From NCBI GenBank assembly GCA_048940925.1, contig JBHLOC010000002.1, positions 192,001 to 256,000 on the forward strand: a stretch of DNA of 64,000 nt. The letters are read 5' to 3'. Position 1 is the stretch's first letter. Each line of letters begins with the position of its first letter. Shown piece by piece: positions 9,448-19,862 of the stretch. Made by a program: the position numbers and the translations under genes. The DNA is from Promethearchaeota archaeon. Lineage in GTDB: Archaea; Asgardarchaeota; Lokiarchaeia; Sigyniarchaeales; SOKP01. The notes below the pieces were generated by a model, which was given only the letters and a program-made list of their open reading frames with translations, searched no databases and had not been told where the DNA came from.

Positions 9448-11472
9448 TTAACCTTTTACTGCCCCTCTCGTTAAACCACTAATAATTTTCTTTTGAAATA
9501 TTAACACGGCTATTACAAGAGGAACAGTTGAAATTGATGTTGCTGCCATTAAAGCTATATCGGTATTCCATCTTGCTGTTAAACTCTGAGGATTCCTTAC
9601 ATATCTCAGTATTGCCCGAGGAACTGTATGATGTGCTGGTGAAGTTAGAAATATTTGTGCAAATAATAATTCATTCCAACTAGCGATGAAAATTAGAATT
9701 GCACATGTAAAAATGCCAGGAATAGTTAATGGAAGAATTACCTTACGAAAAATTTGAAAATTACTAGCCCCATCAACTTTAGCTGCTTTCCATAAATCCT
9801 CAGGTATTTCATGGAAGAATGCTACTAAAATAAAAACTGCTAAGGGTAAATTAAATGCAGTATAAGGTAACACTAATCCAAGTAGATTATCACGTAAATC
9901 AAGTGGTGGTAAAAATGTGCCAATAAAAATCATTTGTAAGTAAAACGGTATTATTATAATTAAAGGTGGTAAACTATTCATAGAAAAAATAAAACTATTC
10001 AAACCGCTTTTAAAAGGAAAATCAAATTTTGCTATAGCATAGGCAATAAACGACCCCACCACTATTACAACAATAACTGTGAGTCCTGCTAAAATACTAC
10101 TATTTAAAAGAGCTCTATCAAAAGTTATTCCATACACCTCTGCATGAACAAAAATTACTTGATATGCTCTCAATGATGGATAAGCGGGAAATAATTCAAA
10201 CTGTGTTTGGACTATATAGGGATCTCTGAAAGATCTACTTACAATCCAAATAAAAGGTACAGCACAAAATAAACACATCAATATTACAAGAAGCGCAAAG
10301 ATAATTTTGTGCAGATATCTTCGAATAATAAACATTTTAACTTTCGATTCTGAAATTGGTTTAAATTCTGTTTTAAATTGCGTAATATCAGAAGATTCTT
10401 CCTTATCCTCCTGTTTTAAATCATATTTTTCTTCTAGATCATTATTTTTCAATTTTGAATTAGATTTTTCAGTTGTCCCTGTTTCTCTCCTAGTAAAATA
10501 CACTATAACAAGAGCGAAAATCCCTACAAATACTAAAAGCATGACAGAAACTGCAGAAGCTAATCCATAATCACCACTTAACCATAACAAGACTGCATGA
10601 GATGTCATTGAATTAACACTTACATCATTAAAGACAACAACAGCATCATACACTCTAAGAGCTTGCATCATTCGAAATAATAATGCAACTCCAATTCCAG
10701 GTTTTATCAATGGCAAAGTAATATATCTAAATTTTTGCCATCCACTCGCTCCTGCTACTTCTCCTGCTTTGTATAAATCTTCAGGAACAATTTGTAATGC
10801 GGCCAAGATTAATAATGTGATAAAGGGAGTAGTTTTCCACACATCAATTATAATTACTGAAAACATAGTTAAAGTAATGGGTATGTCGGTGACGAAAGGA
10901 GAATATGGTACAAGACAAGGTAAGAAAAATAATGTTGGAGCATCAGCGCCATAAAAGGATACTGGTCGACCGCCAAATAGTATTAAAAGGCTATTAATCA
11001 ATCCATACTGATCTGCTGAATTGAGGATCTCAAACCTATAAAGTGTTGCAGAAGCTACCGTAGGTATCGCCCATGGTATTAAAAGTGTTGCTCGGGCAAT
11101 ACTTCTTCCTTTAAATGATTTATTGAGAAGGATTGCAAATAGTAAACCAAGTAAAAATTCTAAAGTTAGAGAGACAATTGAAAAAAATAGTGTCTGGTAA
11201 GTATAACGCCAAAAATCACGTGTATTGTAATTTCCATAGAAAAGAAGTTCATAATAGTTAGAAAGTGTGAATTGTTGGCCAAAATATTGTCCTCCAGAAG
11301 CATTTCTAAAACTAATAAAGATTCCTATAAAAATGGGAAATAGAATAACGAGTACAAATATCAGTAATGCGGGTAATAAGAGTGAAATAACAAATTTAGT
11401 ATCTTTCGGGGGCTGCTCTTTATGTTTAAAACTTTCTGGAATTTCAAATTCTTGTACCGTCAAAACATCCAT
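9448..11472 (-). CDS. Fused MalF+MalG sugar ABC permease
   Basis: Two EAA loops (DLYKAGEVAGAS; DLWKAAKVDGAS) joined by a charged linker; C-terminal GLTRGAVKG. Confidence 0.9.
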   Translation of the reverse strand: MDVLTVQEFEIPESFKHKEQPPKDTKFVISLLLPALLIFVLVILFPIFIGIFISFRNASGGQYFGQQFTLSNYYELLFYGNYNTRDFWRYTYQTLFFSIVSLTLEFLLGLLFAILLNKSFKGRSIARATLLIPWAIPTVASATLYRFEILNSADQYGLINSLLILFGGRPVSFYGADAPTLFFLPCLVPYSPFVTDIPITLTMFSVIIIDVWKTTPFITLLILAALQIVPEDLYKAGEVAGASGWQKFRYITLPLIKPGIGVALLFRMMQALRVYDAVVVFNDVSVNSMTSHAVLLWLSGDYGLASAVSVMLLVFVGIFALVIVYFTRRETGTTEKSNSKLKNNDLEEKYDLKQEDKEESSDITQFKTEFKPISESKVKMFIIRRYLHKIIFALLVILMCLFCAVPFIWIVSRSFRDPYIVQTQFELFPAYPSLRAYQVIFVHAEVYGITFDRALLNSSILAGLTVIVVIVVGSFIAYAIAKFDFPFKSGLNSFIFSMNSLPPLIIIIPFYLQMIFIGTFLPPLDLRDNLLGLVLPYTAFNLPLAVFILVAFFHEIPEDLWKAAKVDGASNFQIFRKVILPLTIPGIFTCAILIFIASWNELLFAQIFLTSPAHHTVPRAILRYVRNPQSLTARWNTDIALMAATSISTVPLVIAVLIFQKKIISGLTRGAVKG

Positions 11473-11546
11473 AATTACGTACTCTTCTGATAATTAGAAT
11501 AAATTTATTTAATTATAAAAAAAAAAAAAAGGTTTATATTAAAATT

Positions 11547-13088
11547 TTACTTGAACTTTTTTCTAGAGATTATAATAATTCCAATGATACTTGCAATTGA
11601 AAGTACTATAATAGCTACACTATAACCTGGGATTTGAGTTGGTGCTCCAGCAACAATTTCTTTTACATCTTTTTGCATTCCTGCTAATTGATCAGCAACA
11701 CTTTTCCCCGTTAATATAAGGGTAAAATAGTCTCCGATTTTATTAGAGATTTCAGGGTATTTAGGTTGAACAGGTCTTGATAAAGTTAACGATGCTTGAT
11801 CTGTCCAATTTTTAATCCATTCAAATCCACTTGGAGGATTAGCATATACTGATAATAATGCCGGGAAATTTGCTAATGCCTGTACTCCTGGTGTTTCCTT
11901 GTCAGTATCAGCTATAAGTTCTGCTTCTTGAGCTTTCTTATCCCCAAGATATTTAATAAGATTAACAGCTGCATCTCTTGCATCTCCAGTTGTAGCTTTA
12001 GGAATGGCTAAAATGGCACCTCCTACACACGAAGTTTTATATCCGGTAACTCCTTCAAAATGAGGTAATGGTGCTACGCCAAAATCCATACCTGCAGTTA
12101 TAGATCCCCCATAAGCAAAAGGCCATTGTCGCATAAATATTGCATTACCTGCCAACCATGCTCCTACAGAAGACCCTTCATCATAAGTAAGAGCAGCACG
12201 AGGGATGATATAATTATTATAAGCACTATTTGGTGCTCCGCTAAGCCCGGTTTCATTAAATTGTGTTAAATTACCTTGAACTCCTGTGTATTGAGGTGGA
12301 ACTAATGCTTGAACAAATTCCATTGCTTTTGTAACTCCTTCTGTATCAATATTAACGGCTCCTTCACTTGTAACAACATCTAACATGCCGTTACTCCCAC
12401 ACCATTCAAAGAAATTTACTACACCACCTTCATAATTATCGAACTGACCAACATATCCTCCGAGATCTCCCTCAGATCTTAGCAACATACCAGAACCATT
12501 GTTAAGGATAAAATTAGCTGTTTCATTTAATCCCTCCCAAGTACTAAAGTCTGCTTCTGACCATTTTCCAACACCAAAAAATCGATCCATCAAATCTCTT
12601 CGATAAAATAAGATCCCAAGATTCATGAAATAAGGATAAGCATAAGTCTTTCCTTTATATTGACCAGCAGCAACTATCCCGGAACCATAATCATTTAGTT
12701 CTCCACTGGTTAGATATGAATCGAGCGGAATAATCCATCCGTTAGAAGCAAAAAGAGCTGTCCAGACCACATCTAATCCAATAACATCAGCAGTTGCAGT
12801 TCCACCTTGCATCAATGTTTGCAAATTTATTAGCTGATTATCAGCAGTAGTTCCTGTAGATTTAACTGTTACTGAATTTACTCCTGTACCTAAATCTGAA
12901 TTCAAGAAATCGTCAGTAACATTTGTAACACCAGGTAATTGTTGATCTGTGACCCAAATTGTTAAATCGACACCTGCAGAAGGTTTCAAATTTGAGGCTC
13001 TAATAGGAAACACAAACATCGCAGTTGAAAATAACATTAAAAGTCCAAGTAAAGCAACTAAAGCTTTGTGGTTTACATTTTTTCTCAT
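11547..13088 (-). CDS. Trehalose/maltose-type ABC substrate-binding protein with Loki-CTERM-type anchor
   Basis: DVVWTALFA, LFYRRDL, FMRQWPFAY, SRPVQPKYPEIS; IPGY-TM-RKKFK tail. Confidence 0.85.
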   Translation of the reverse strand: MRKNVNHKALVALLGLLMLFSTAMFVFPIRASNLKPSAGVDLTIWVTDQQLPGVTNVTDDFLNSDLGTGVNSVTVKSTGTTADNQLINLQTLMQGGTATADVIGLDVVWTALFASNGWIIPLDSYLTSGELNDYGSGIVAAGQYKGKTYAYPYFMNLGILFYRRDLMDRFFGVGKWSEADFSTWEGLNETANFILNNGSGMLLRSEGDLGGYVGQFDNYEGGVVNFFEWCGSNGMLDVVTSEGAVNIDTEGVTKAMEFVQALVPPQYTGVQGNLTQFNETGLSGAPNSAYNNYIIPRAALTYDEGSSVGAWLAGNAIFMRQWPFAYGGSITAGMDFGVAPLPHFEGVTGYKTSCVGGAILAIPKATTGDARDAAVNLIKYLGDKKAQEAELIADTDKETPGVQALANFPALLSVYANPPSGFEWIKNWTDQASLTLSRPVQPKYPEISNKIGDYFTLILTGKSVADQLAGMQKDVKEIVAGAPTQIPGYSVAIIVLSIASIIGIIIISRKKFK

Positions 13089-13334
13089 TTTTTAAATTCG
13101 ACCCAAATTTTTTTGATTTTTGTTAAATTTTTATTTTTTACCTCTAAATTGGGATAAAAGAGGCAAAAAATTATAGAAAAAGATTATAATTATATTTAAA
13201 AACTTTACGCTAAATTTTTAAAAATCTTCGATTTTTCTTTGAATTTCTAAACAAAAATGTAATATTAGAAAAGAAATATCAATAAATTAAATGAAAACAT
13301 ATTAAAATAAAATAAATATGGTTGAAATTAAAAA

Positions 13335-14543
13335 TTGAATGCAAACTCTATTTTAGATCAATATCTTAAATTATTAGGAAATAACGTTATAAAAAGAATT
13401 AAGAAAAAAGGAAAAGAATTTGAAAACCATAAAGTTTTCCATGTAAATGCTACCAAGTTTGGAGGAGGGGTAGCTGAGATCTTACATAATATGATTCCAT
13501 TAATGCAAGAATTAAAAATTGATGTGGATTGGAAAGTCTTTACTGCCCCTGATAGTTTTTTTGAAATATCCAAGCGAATGCATAATGCATTACAGGGTAA
13601 TATGGATATTAAATTTTCTAATGAAGAGATTTCCTCATATATTTCCCAGGCTAAATCTTCATATGAACAAATACAGCCTGATGGTGATTTTATAATAATG
13701 CATGACCCTCAACCATGTCCTATTATTAAATTTGCAGAAAAGAGAATAGGAAAATGGATATGGCGGTGTCATATTGATACTTCTAACCCAAATCCTCAAG
13801 CATGGGGAATTATTTCAAAATATCTTCCATTATATGATGCTCTCATTTTTACTAAGAAAGAATTTGCCAAAGAAGATATAACCACACCTATATTTCAAAT
13901 AACACCTTCAATTAACCCATTTTCGAATAAAAATAAACATATAGAAGAAAATGAAGCAAAAGAGATTGTGCAGAAATTTGTTCCCTTAGATTTGCCTCTT
14001 ATTACTCAAGTTTCCCGATTTGATCCATGGAAGGATCCTTTAGGTGTAATCGAAGTCTATAAAAAAGTTAGTGAAAAAATACCAATTCGTTTAGCATTGA
14101 TAGGTAGCTTAGCTCATGACGATCCAGAAGGCATAAAGTGGTTAGAACAACTAAAAAATTATGCAGGTGATGATCCAAATATTCATATATTATCAAATTT
14201 AGATGGGGTTGCAGATTTGGAAGTAAATGCGTTCCAACTAATTTCTAGTATCATATTGCAAAAATCTATTAGAGAGGGCTTTGGCCTCACTGTCACTGAA
14301 GCACTCTGGAAAGGCACACCTGTGATTGGAGGAAACGTTGGAGGGATTAAACTACAGATTGAGAATGGGGTCAATGGTTTCCTAGTAGATACAATCGAGG
14401 AAGCGACAGAAAAGGTCCTTTATTTGTTAAAAAATCCCAAAAAAGCAAAAGAAATGGGTCAAAATGGTTATGAAAAAGTAAAAAATGAATTTTTATTAAT
14501 TCACCATGTAGAAAAATATTTAGATCTTTTTAAAAGCATCTAA
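13335..14543 (+). CDS. treT: Trehalose synthase (GT4 glycosyltransferase TreT)
   Basis: HVNATKFGGGVAEIL, HDPQP, WRCHID, QVSRFDPWKD, QKSIREGFGLTVTEALWK. Confidence 0.9.
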   Translation: MNANSILDQYLKLLGNNVIKRIKKKGKEFENHKVFHVNATKFGGGVAEILHNMIPLMQELKIDVDWKVFTAPDSFFEISKRMHNALQGNMDIKFSNEEISSYISQAKSSYEQIQPDGDFIIMHDPQPCPIIKFAEKRIGKWIWRCHIDTSNPNPQAWGIISKYLPLYDALIFTKKEFAKEDITTPIFQITPSINPFSNKNKHIEENEAKEIVQKFVPLDLPLITQVSRFDPWKDPLGVIEVYKKVSEKIPIRLALIGSLAHDDPEGIKWLEQLKNYAGDDPNIHILSNLDGVADLEVNAFQLISSIILQKSIREGFGLTVTEALWKGTPVIGGNVGGIKLQIENGVNGFLVDTIEEATEKVLYLLKNPKKAKEMGQNGYEKVKNEFLLIHHVEKYLDLFKSI

Positions 14544-14579
14544 TACTTAGCAAATTGATATAGAATTAGTGAATTTAAA

Positions 14580-15713
14580 TTGAAAGCGCCCGAGAGAGTG
14601 TTAACTACTATTAAACACAAGGAACCTGATAAAGTTCCTGCGTTTGAAAGTGCTTTTACAAATAATAAAATAATGAAACATTACGGGCTTACTCCAAGAG
14701 AACAGGATACTAATCTCTTCCAAGAGATTTTAGAAAAGAAGCAAAATTTCAAGAAATGCTATTTGACTTCTCATGAACTTTTCTGTAAAATTGGTATCGA
14801 TATTATAACAACTCTTTCTAGTCTTTTCCCACTTAAAAAGCTAAAAAAAGGAGAGGGATTTATTGATGAGTATGGAAGAATAATGAAATATGAATACTAT
14901 AAAGATAATACAGTTATTTTAGGTTACTATGGTGGAGTTTTTAATAATTTTGAAGATTATGAGAGTTGGGAAAAACCTGAGCCAAATTGGGAACCAAGAA
15001 TTAATAGTTTTTTAGCAGGAAGAGAAATTCAAAAGGATTTAAAAGATAATGTTTTTTCTATTCCATCAACAGGAGCTTTAATGGAAGATGTATGGCAGGG
15101 CTTCGGACTAGAAACATTCTCAAAAATTCTAGCAAGACCAAAGCAGGCAAAAAAACTTTTTGATGAATATGGGGGCTTTACTCTTGAACTTGTCAAAATT
15201 TTAGCAGAGCTAGATGCCCAAATAGTATTACTTTTAGATGATTATGGTTATAAAAATGGATTATTTATGAAACCCTATTATTTTCATAAATATGTTTTTC
15301 CTTGGTTAAAGCGAATATGTGATGTTGCTCATAAACGTGATTGTAAAATAATGCTTCACTCTGATGGGGATTTATTGGAAATTTTTGAAGATATTATTAA
15401 TTGTGGAGTTGATGTTATTAATCCTATCGAACCCACAACAGCAAACCCAGATTATGATATTTTCAAATTAAAAAGAAAATACGGAGATCAAATTACTTTC
15501 GCGGGTAATTTAAGTCCAATGATGTTAGCAACAGGAACGATTGATGAAATAGAGATCTATGCTAAAAAACTAATAAAAGAATTAGCACCTGGAGGAGGAT
15601 ATATTTTTAGTAGTGGTCACTCAATAAATCCTGCTATAACAGTAGATCGATTTGAAGCAATGCAAAATATTAGAAGAGAGTATGGAATATATCCTATTAA
15701 TATTCCTGATTAA
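14580..15713 (+). CDS. Uroporphyrinogen decarboxylase-like / MtaA-CmuA family protein
   Basis: ERVL..IKHKEPDKVP, DDYG, HSDGD, PGGGYIFSSGHSI. Confidence 0.85.
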   Translation: MKAPERVLTTIKHKEPDKVPAFESAFTNNKIMKHYGLTPREQDTNLFQEILEKKQNFKKCYLTSHELFCKIGIDIITTLSSLFPLKKLKKGEGFIDEYGRIMKYEYYKDNTVILGYYGGVFNNFEDYESWEKPEPNWEPRINSFLAGREIQKDLKDNVFSIPSTGALMEDVWQGFGLETFSKILARPKQAKKLFDEYGGFTLELVKILAELDAQIVLLLDDYGYKNGLFMKPYYFHKYVFPWLKRICDVAHKRDCKIMLHSDGDLLEIFEDIINCGVDVINPIEPTTANPDYDIFKLKRKYGDQITFAGNLSPMMLATGTIDEIEIYAKKLIKELAPGGGYIFSSGHSINPAITVDRFEAMQNIRREYGIYPINIPD

Positions 15714-15729
15714 TATTTTAAATAAAAAC

Positions 15730-15876
15730 TGTTTTCTAGTGGATACAATCGAAAAAGTTATAAAAAAAGTATTTTATTTATTATGTCATCCAAAAATTGC
15801 TGAAAAAAGGGTAAAAAAGGAGTTTAAAAAGTAAAAAAAGAATTTCTATTAATAATCTATGTAGAAAATTATTTAG
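15730..15876 (+). pseudogene. Degenerate duplicate of the treT 3' end (copy of ~14376-14523)
   Basis: FLVDTIEKV.KKVFYLL.HPK.A matches treT FLVDTIEEA.EKVLYLL.NPK.A; nucleotide similarity continues through a frameshift to ...TGTAGAAAA.TATTTAG. Confidence 0.8.
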
Positions 15877-15971
15877 TTTTGTCCATATACTTGTCAAATC
15901 CTAATTAATACACCTTCTAATAAAAAATACTTATTATTTGATATATTATTCTTTCGTGCTTAGGATAAAAA

Positions 15972-16226
15972 TTAATGTCGTTTTTTACGATAAAAGAACA
16001 ACATCTCTGCAAGGAACATGAAAATTAAGGTGAATATTAGGCTAGTAATTATACCATATATCCAACTAAATTCTACTGAATAATTCAAATTCATTCTATA
16101 AACATTGTAAAAACCCAAAAATGAAAAATAGAAAACTAGGATACTGATGAGTATTAACCTTTTAAGACCTGTCTTTAGGTAACCAGCAAAATCGCTAAAA
16201 AATTCTTTAAATTCCATAAATATCAA
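15972..16226 (-). CDS. Small 2-TM hypothetical protein
   Basis: Two hydrophobic helices and a basic tail. Confidence 0.6.
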   Translation of the reverse strand: MIFMEFKEFFSDFAGYLKTGLKRLILISILVFYFSFLGFYNVYRMNLNYSVEFSWIYGIITSLIFTLIFMFLAEMLFFYRKKRH

Positions 16227-16427
16227 ATCTTAATCATTTATTTTTAATATTCAAATGTAGAATAATTATGTAAATATAATAACAGAATTATTTTTAAATC
16301 TCTCTACCTATGATGTGGATGTAATTTAACTCTATTTATTATAGATTATAAACTTTATATAATAAAGAACATATTTTTGCTTGTTTAAATTCATAATTGA
16401 TTATTTCAAAAATATGAGGAAATTTAT

Positions 16428-17978
16428 ATGAATCTTAAAGAACTAGTAGAAACTCAGGCAGAAACGTATAAAGATAAAACATTTTTATATTGGGAAGATA
16501 AAACTGTTTCTTACTCTCAATTGAATGAGCTTACAAATAAAGTAGCTAATTTTTTATATGAATTAGGAATCAGAAAAGGAGATAAAGTAAGTGTTTACCT
16601 CCCAAATATGCCTGAATATGTATATCTTTATCTAGGTATTCCTAAAATCGGTGCGATTACTGGTCCTGTAAACGCACTGTTTAAAACTCGAGAGGTAAAA
16701 TTTGTAGTAGGGCATTCAGAAGCAAAAGTTTTGATCACAATCCCAAATTTTATGGATTTAGTAAATGAAATTAAAAGTGATCTACCTAATTTGAAACACA
16801 TCATAGTAATCGGAGAACCTATGGAGCATACATTAAATTTTTGGGAATTAATGGATAAAGCTTCAACAAATACTCCTCCTGAAGTGATTATTAATGAAAG
16901 AGAGGATCCCGCGGCAATTATCTATACATCAGGAACCACAGGATTTCCTAAAGGAGTATTACAAACCCACTTTAACATCAGGAGAAATGGTGAAATGATT
17001 CAAGAGTTTTTAAAAGCGAGAGAAGATTTTCGATTTATGTTAATTTTACCACTTTTCCATGTTAATGCTCAAGTTGTAACAGTCATGGCGCCTTTAACTA
17101 TCGGAGCTAGTTGTATATTAACTCCTGGATTCTCAGCTCAAACACACTGGGAAATTGTAGCAAAATATAAAGCATCTACGTTTAGTGCAGTGCCAACAGT
17201 GCTTTCTATATTACTTAGAATGCCACATGAAAATCTCGATCTTTCTTCATTAGAATTTGTTATTTGTGGGGCGGCTCCTTTACCTGTGGAGGTGTTCAGG
17301 GAATTTGAGAATACATTTAATTGTAAAGTTATAGAAGGGTATGGTCTTACAGAGGGCACATGCGCTTCTTCAGTTAACCCTTTGCCTACTGAAACAGAAG
17401 ATAGACGAAAAATTGGTAGTATCGGCTTACCTCTCCCTGGGAATGAAATGAAAATTGTAGACGATAAAGGTAATGATGTTCCCCCTAACACTAAAGGTGA
17501 AATTGTGATTAAAGGTGATAATATTATGAAAGAATATTTTAAAAATCCAGAAGCAAATGCTGAGACTCTCAAGGATGGCTGGTTATATACAGGCGATATT
17601 GGACATATGGATGAAGACGGATTTTTTTATATCACAGATCGTAAAAAAGATATGATCATTCGAGGTGGAGAAAATATATATCCTAGAGAAATAGAAGAAG
17701 TGCTTTATGCTCATCCTGATGTGTCATTAGCAACTGTTATTGGGGTACGAGATGAGATCTATGGAGAACTTCCCAAAGCATTTATAGTATTAAAAGAAAG
17801 AAAATCTCTAACTACCGATGATATTATTGAACATTGTAAGAAAAATCTCGCTAATTTTAAAGTTCCAAAGTATGTAGAGTTTAGGAATGATCTTCCTAAG
17901 ACACCGACAGGGAAGATAATGAAACAACCTCTCCGAGAAGAAGAAGAAGAAAAAACTGGAAAGATCTTTAATTCTTAA
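16428..17978 (+). CDS. Long-chain fatty-acid--CoA ligase (AMP-forming)
   Basis: YTSGTTGFPKG, EGYGLTE, TGDIG, DRKKDMIIRGGENIYP, LPKTPTGK. Confidence 0.92.
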   Translation: MNLKELVETQAETYKDKTFLYWEDKTVSYSQLNELTNKVANFLYELGIRKGDKVSVYLPNMPEYVYLYLGIPKIGAITGPVNALFKTREVKFVVGHSEAKVLITIPNFMDLVNEIKSDLPNLKHIIVIGEPMEHTLNFWELMDKASTNTPPEVIINEREDPAAIIYTSGTTGFPKGVLQTHFNIRRNGEMIQEFLKAREDFRFMLILPLFHVNAQVVTVMAPLTIGASCILTPGFSAQTHWEIVAKYKASTFSAVPTVLSILLRMPHENLDLSSLEFVICGAAPLPVEVFREFENTFNCKVIEGYGLTEGTCASSVNPLPTETEDRRKIGSIGLPLPGNEMKIVDDKGNDVPPNTKGEIVIKGDNIMKEYFKNPEANAETLKDGWLYTGDIGHMDEDGFFYITDRKKDMIIRGGENIYPREIEEVLYAHPDVSLATVIGVRDEIYGELPKAFIVLKERKSLTTDDIIEHCKKNLANFKVPKYVEFRNDLPKTPTGKIMKQPLREEEEEKTGKIFNS

Positions 17979-18182
17979 TCTTTTTCAAATTTTACTATTT
18001 TTTTTTAGATTAGATTTCAATAATTAGAGAATTTATAAAAAACCTGCATTCCAATATGAATATTTAAAAGCTTAGTTTTATATTTAAATTCAAAAGAAAT
18101 TCAATATTAACATATTTTAAATTAAGATATGCATTAAATATATTACAAAAATTAATCTAATGTCATTAGGAGCTGTGTTAAA

Positions 18183-19862
18183 ATTATAAAAAAGAGAACG
18201 ATTTTAATTGTAGTTTTCGCAATAACATCTGTTATTGTTCAGTTATTTGGAATTCCATATTTAGGTATTAAATCTACATCTCATGACCTTGAATTCGAAT
18301 ATGTCTATAATTGGGACTTAACAGGAACAGGAGGATGGTACGACGGATATAAAGAGACTTTTAGAGCAAAAGGACATTACACTATTGATTTTAATGGGAA
18401 TTTTGCGAATGTAACTGCTCGCGTTTCATGGAAATTTTCTGAAAACTATTATGGTTCTTCCCAAAAAAGCGTAGATACTTATGAGTTTTCATATTCGCTA
18501 GATAATGGTGCGTATATATGGGGAACTGACCAAGATGTCCTTAACACAACTAATATGAATGTTTGGTTTCATATTCCTGGAGGGATTAAAGCTCCTCAAT
18601 ATGATATTCTCGATACTTCATATAAAGTAATCAGTGGAGAACATCTTATTTGGGTTGGATATTTAATGCCTTTTAGTGGAAAGAAACTTCATAGTGAGGG
18701 CCAATATTTTCGAGATGATGAGCTTGGGAAATTTGATGCTAAATATAGAGTAGATAATTTCTTTACGAAAAATGGTTATTTAATTGGAGAGATTTATACA
18801 GAAACAGATGATGGTTACGATAGAGACACGGGAGATTGGTCCGAATTTAAATTGAATTCCTATGTCTTCATTACATCTTCTAGTTATCTAAGACCTTTTA
18901 ATTTTGGAATGTACTTTTTAGCATACTGGGGACCTATATTATTTTTTATGATTCTTTTTTACGTAGTATATGAAAACCTCCGCTGGAAATCAAGGATAAT
19001 TCCCAAAGGAGATATAGAAATTGTTGTTGAAAGAAATCTTCCTAACTTTGTGAAATTTGAAATACAATCTGCTTATTCAGAAATGATACCATCCTATTTA
19101 GTTAGAGCAAGATCTCATGATAAGAGAATTATTAGTGCTCATAAAAATGGAGTAGTAGAAGGAATAGGATTTATTGAACCAAATGGGAAAATCGGTACAT
19201 TTTATGGTAACTACATCTGGGATATGATAAACTATACAAAAGTAAAATACGCATTCACTGAAATTGGAAGGAATTTAAAAGGTTTTCGCACAATCGAAAA
19301 ATATAATATCCTTGAAATTAATAATCTCCAGCAAAGAGATTTAAGTTTTGACACTGCTCATATTAAACCTGTTGAGGAGAAACATCTAGATGCCATCATG
19401 AAAATGGTCGCAAATGAAGATAGAGGTAAAAAAAGCAAGAAATATGCAAAATGGGTTTCTAAATCTTATGAGGATGATATCGCAGTTATAGCTACTGCTT
19501 CAAGCACAGAAACATGGGTTCAGTCTATAATGTCGGATTTATATCAGAGTAAATATCCTAAACCAGAATCTATAGCTAATGAAATAATATTGGGTGTAGG
19601 TTTTACTACTCCTGGAGAAGAAACTGGATGGTTATATGGACTTTACGTCCATCCTGCTTTTAGAAATCATGGGCTAGGGAGAACACTTGTATTAGCCCGA
19701 CTTTCAGCGCTCAAGGAAATAGGATGTATACGAGCAATTACAGAAATTGCTGAATGGAATAGTCCTGCTAAAAAGATATATGATGATTATAATGCTCAAA
19801 TAGTAGGTACAATATATCTTTTAGGTAAAAAGATGCCAAAAGTTAAGGTGAGACACTACTGA
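18183..19862 (+). CDS. Membrane-anchored protein: signal peptide, extracellular beta-rich domain, TM helix, cytoplasmic GNAT acetyltransferase; longer than the ORF track call
   Basis: Frame open from 18156; KIIKKRTILIVVFAITSVIV signal-like N-terminus behind AGGAG; GNAT motif LYVHPAFRNHGLGRTL; exact start uncertain. Confidence 0.75.
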   Translation: MIKKRTILIVVFAITSVIVQLFGIPYLGIKSTSHDLEFEYVYNWDLTGTGGWYDGYKETFRAKGHYTIDFNGNFANVTARVSWKFSENYYGSSQKSVDTYEFSYSLDNGAYIWGTDQDVLNTTNMNVWFHIPGGIKAPQYDILDTSYKVISGEHLIWVGYLMPFSGKKLHSEGQYFRDDELGKFDAKYRVDNFFTKNGYLIGEIYTETDDGYDRDTGDWSEFKLNSYVFITSSSYLRPFNFGMYFLAYWGPILFFMILFYVVYENLRWKSRIIPKGDIEIVVERNLPNFVKFEIQSAYSEMIPSYLVRARSHDKRIISAHKNGVVEGIGFIEPNGKIGTFYGNYIWDMINYTKVKYAFTEIGRNLKGFRTIEKYNILEINNLQQRDLSFDTAHIKPVEEKHLDAIMKMVANEDRGKKSKKYAKWVSKSYEDDIAVIATASSTETWVQSIMSDLYQSKYPKPESIANEIILGVGFTTPGEETGWLYGLYVHPAFRNHGLGRTLVLARLSALKEIGCIRAITEIAEWNSPAKKIYDDYNAQIVGTIYLLGKKMPKVKVRHY

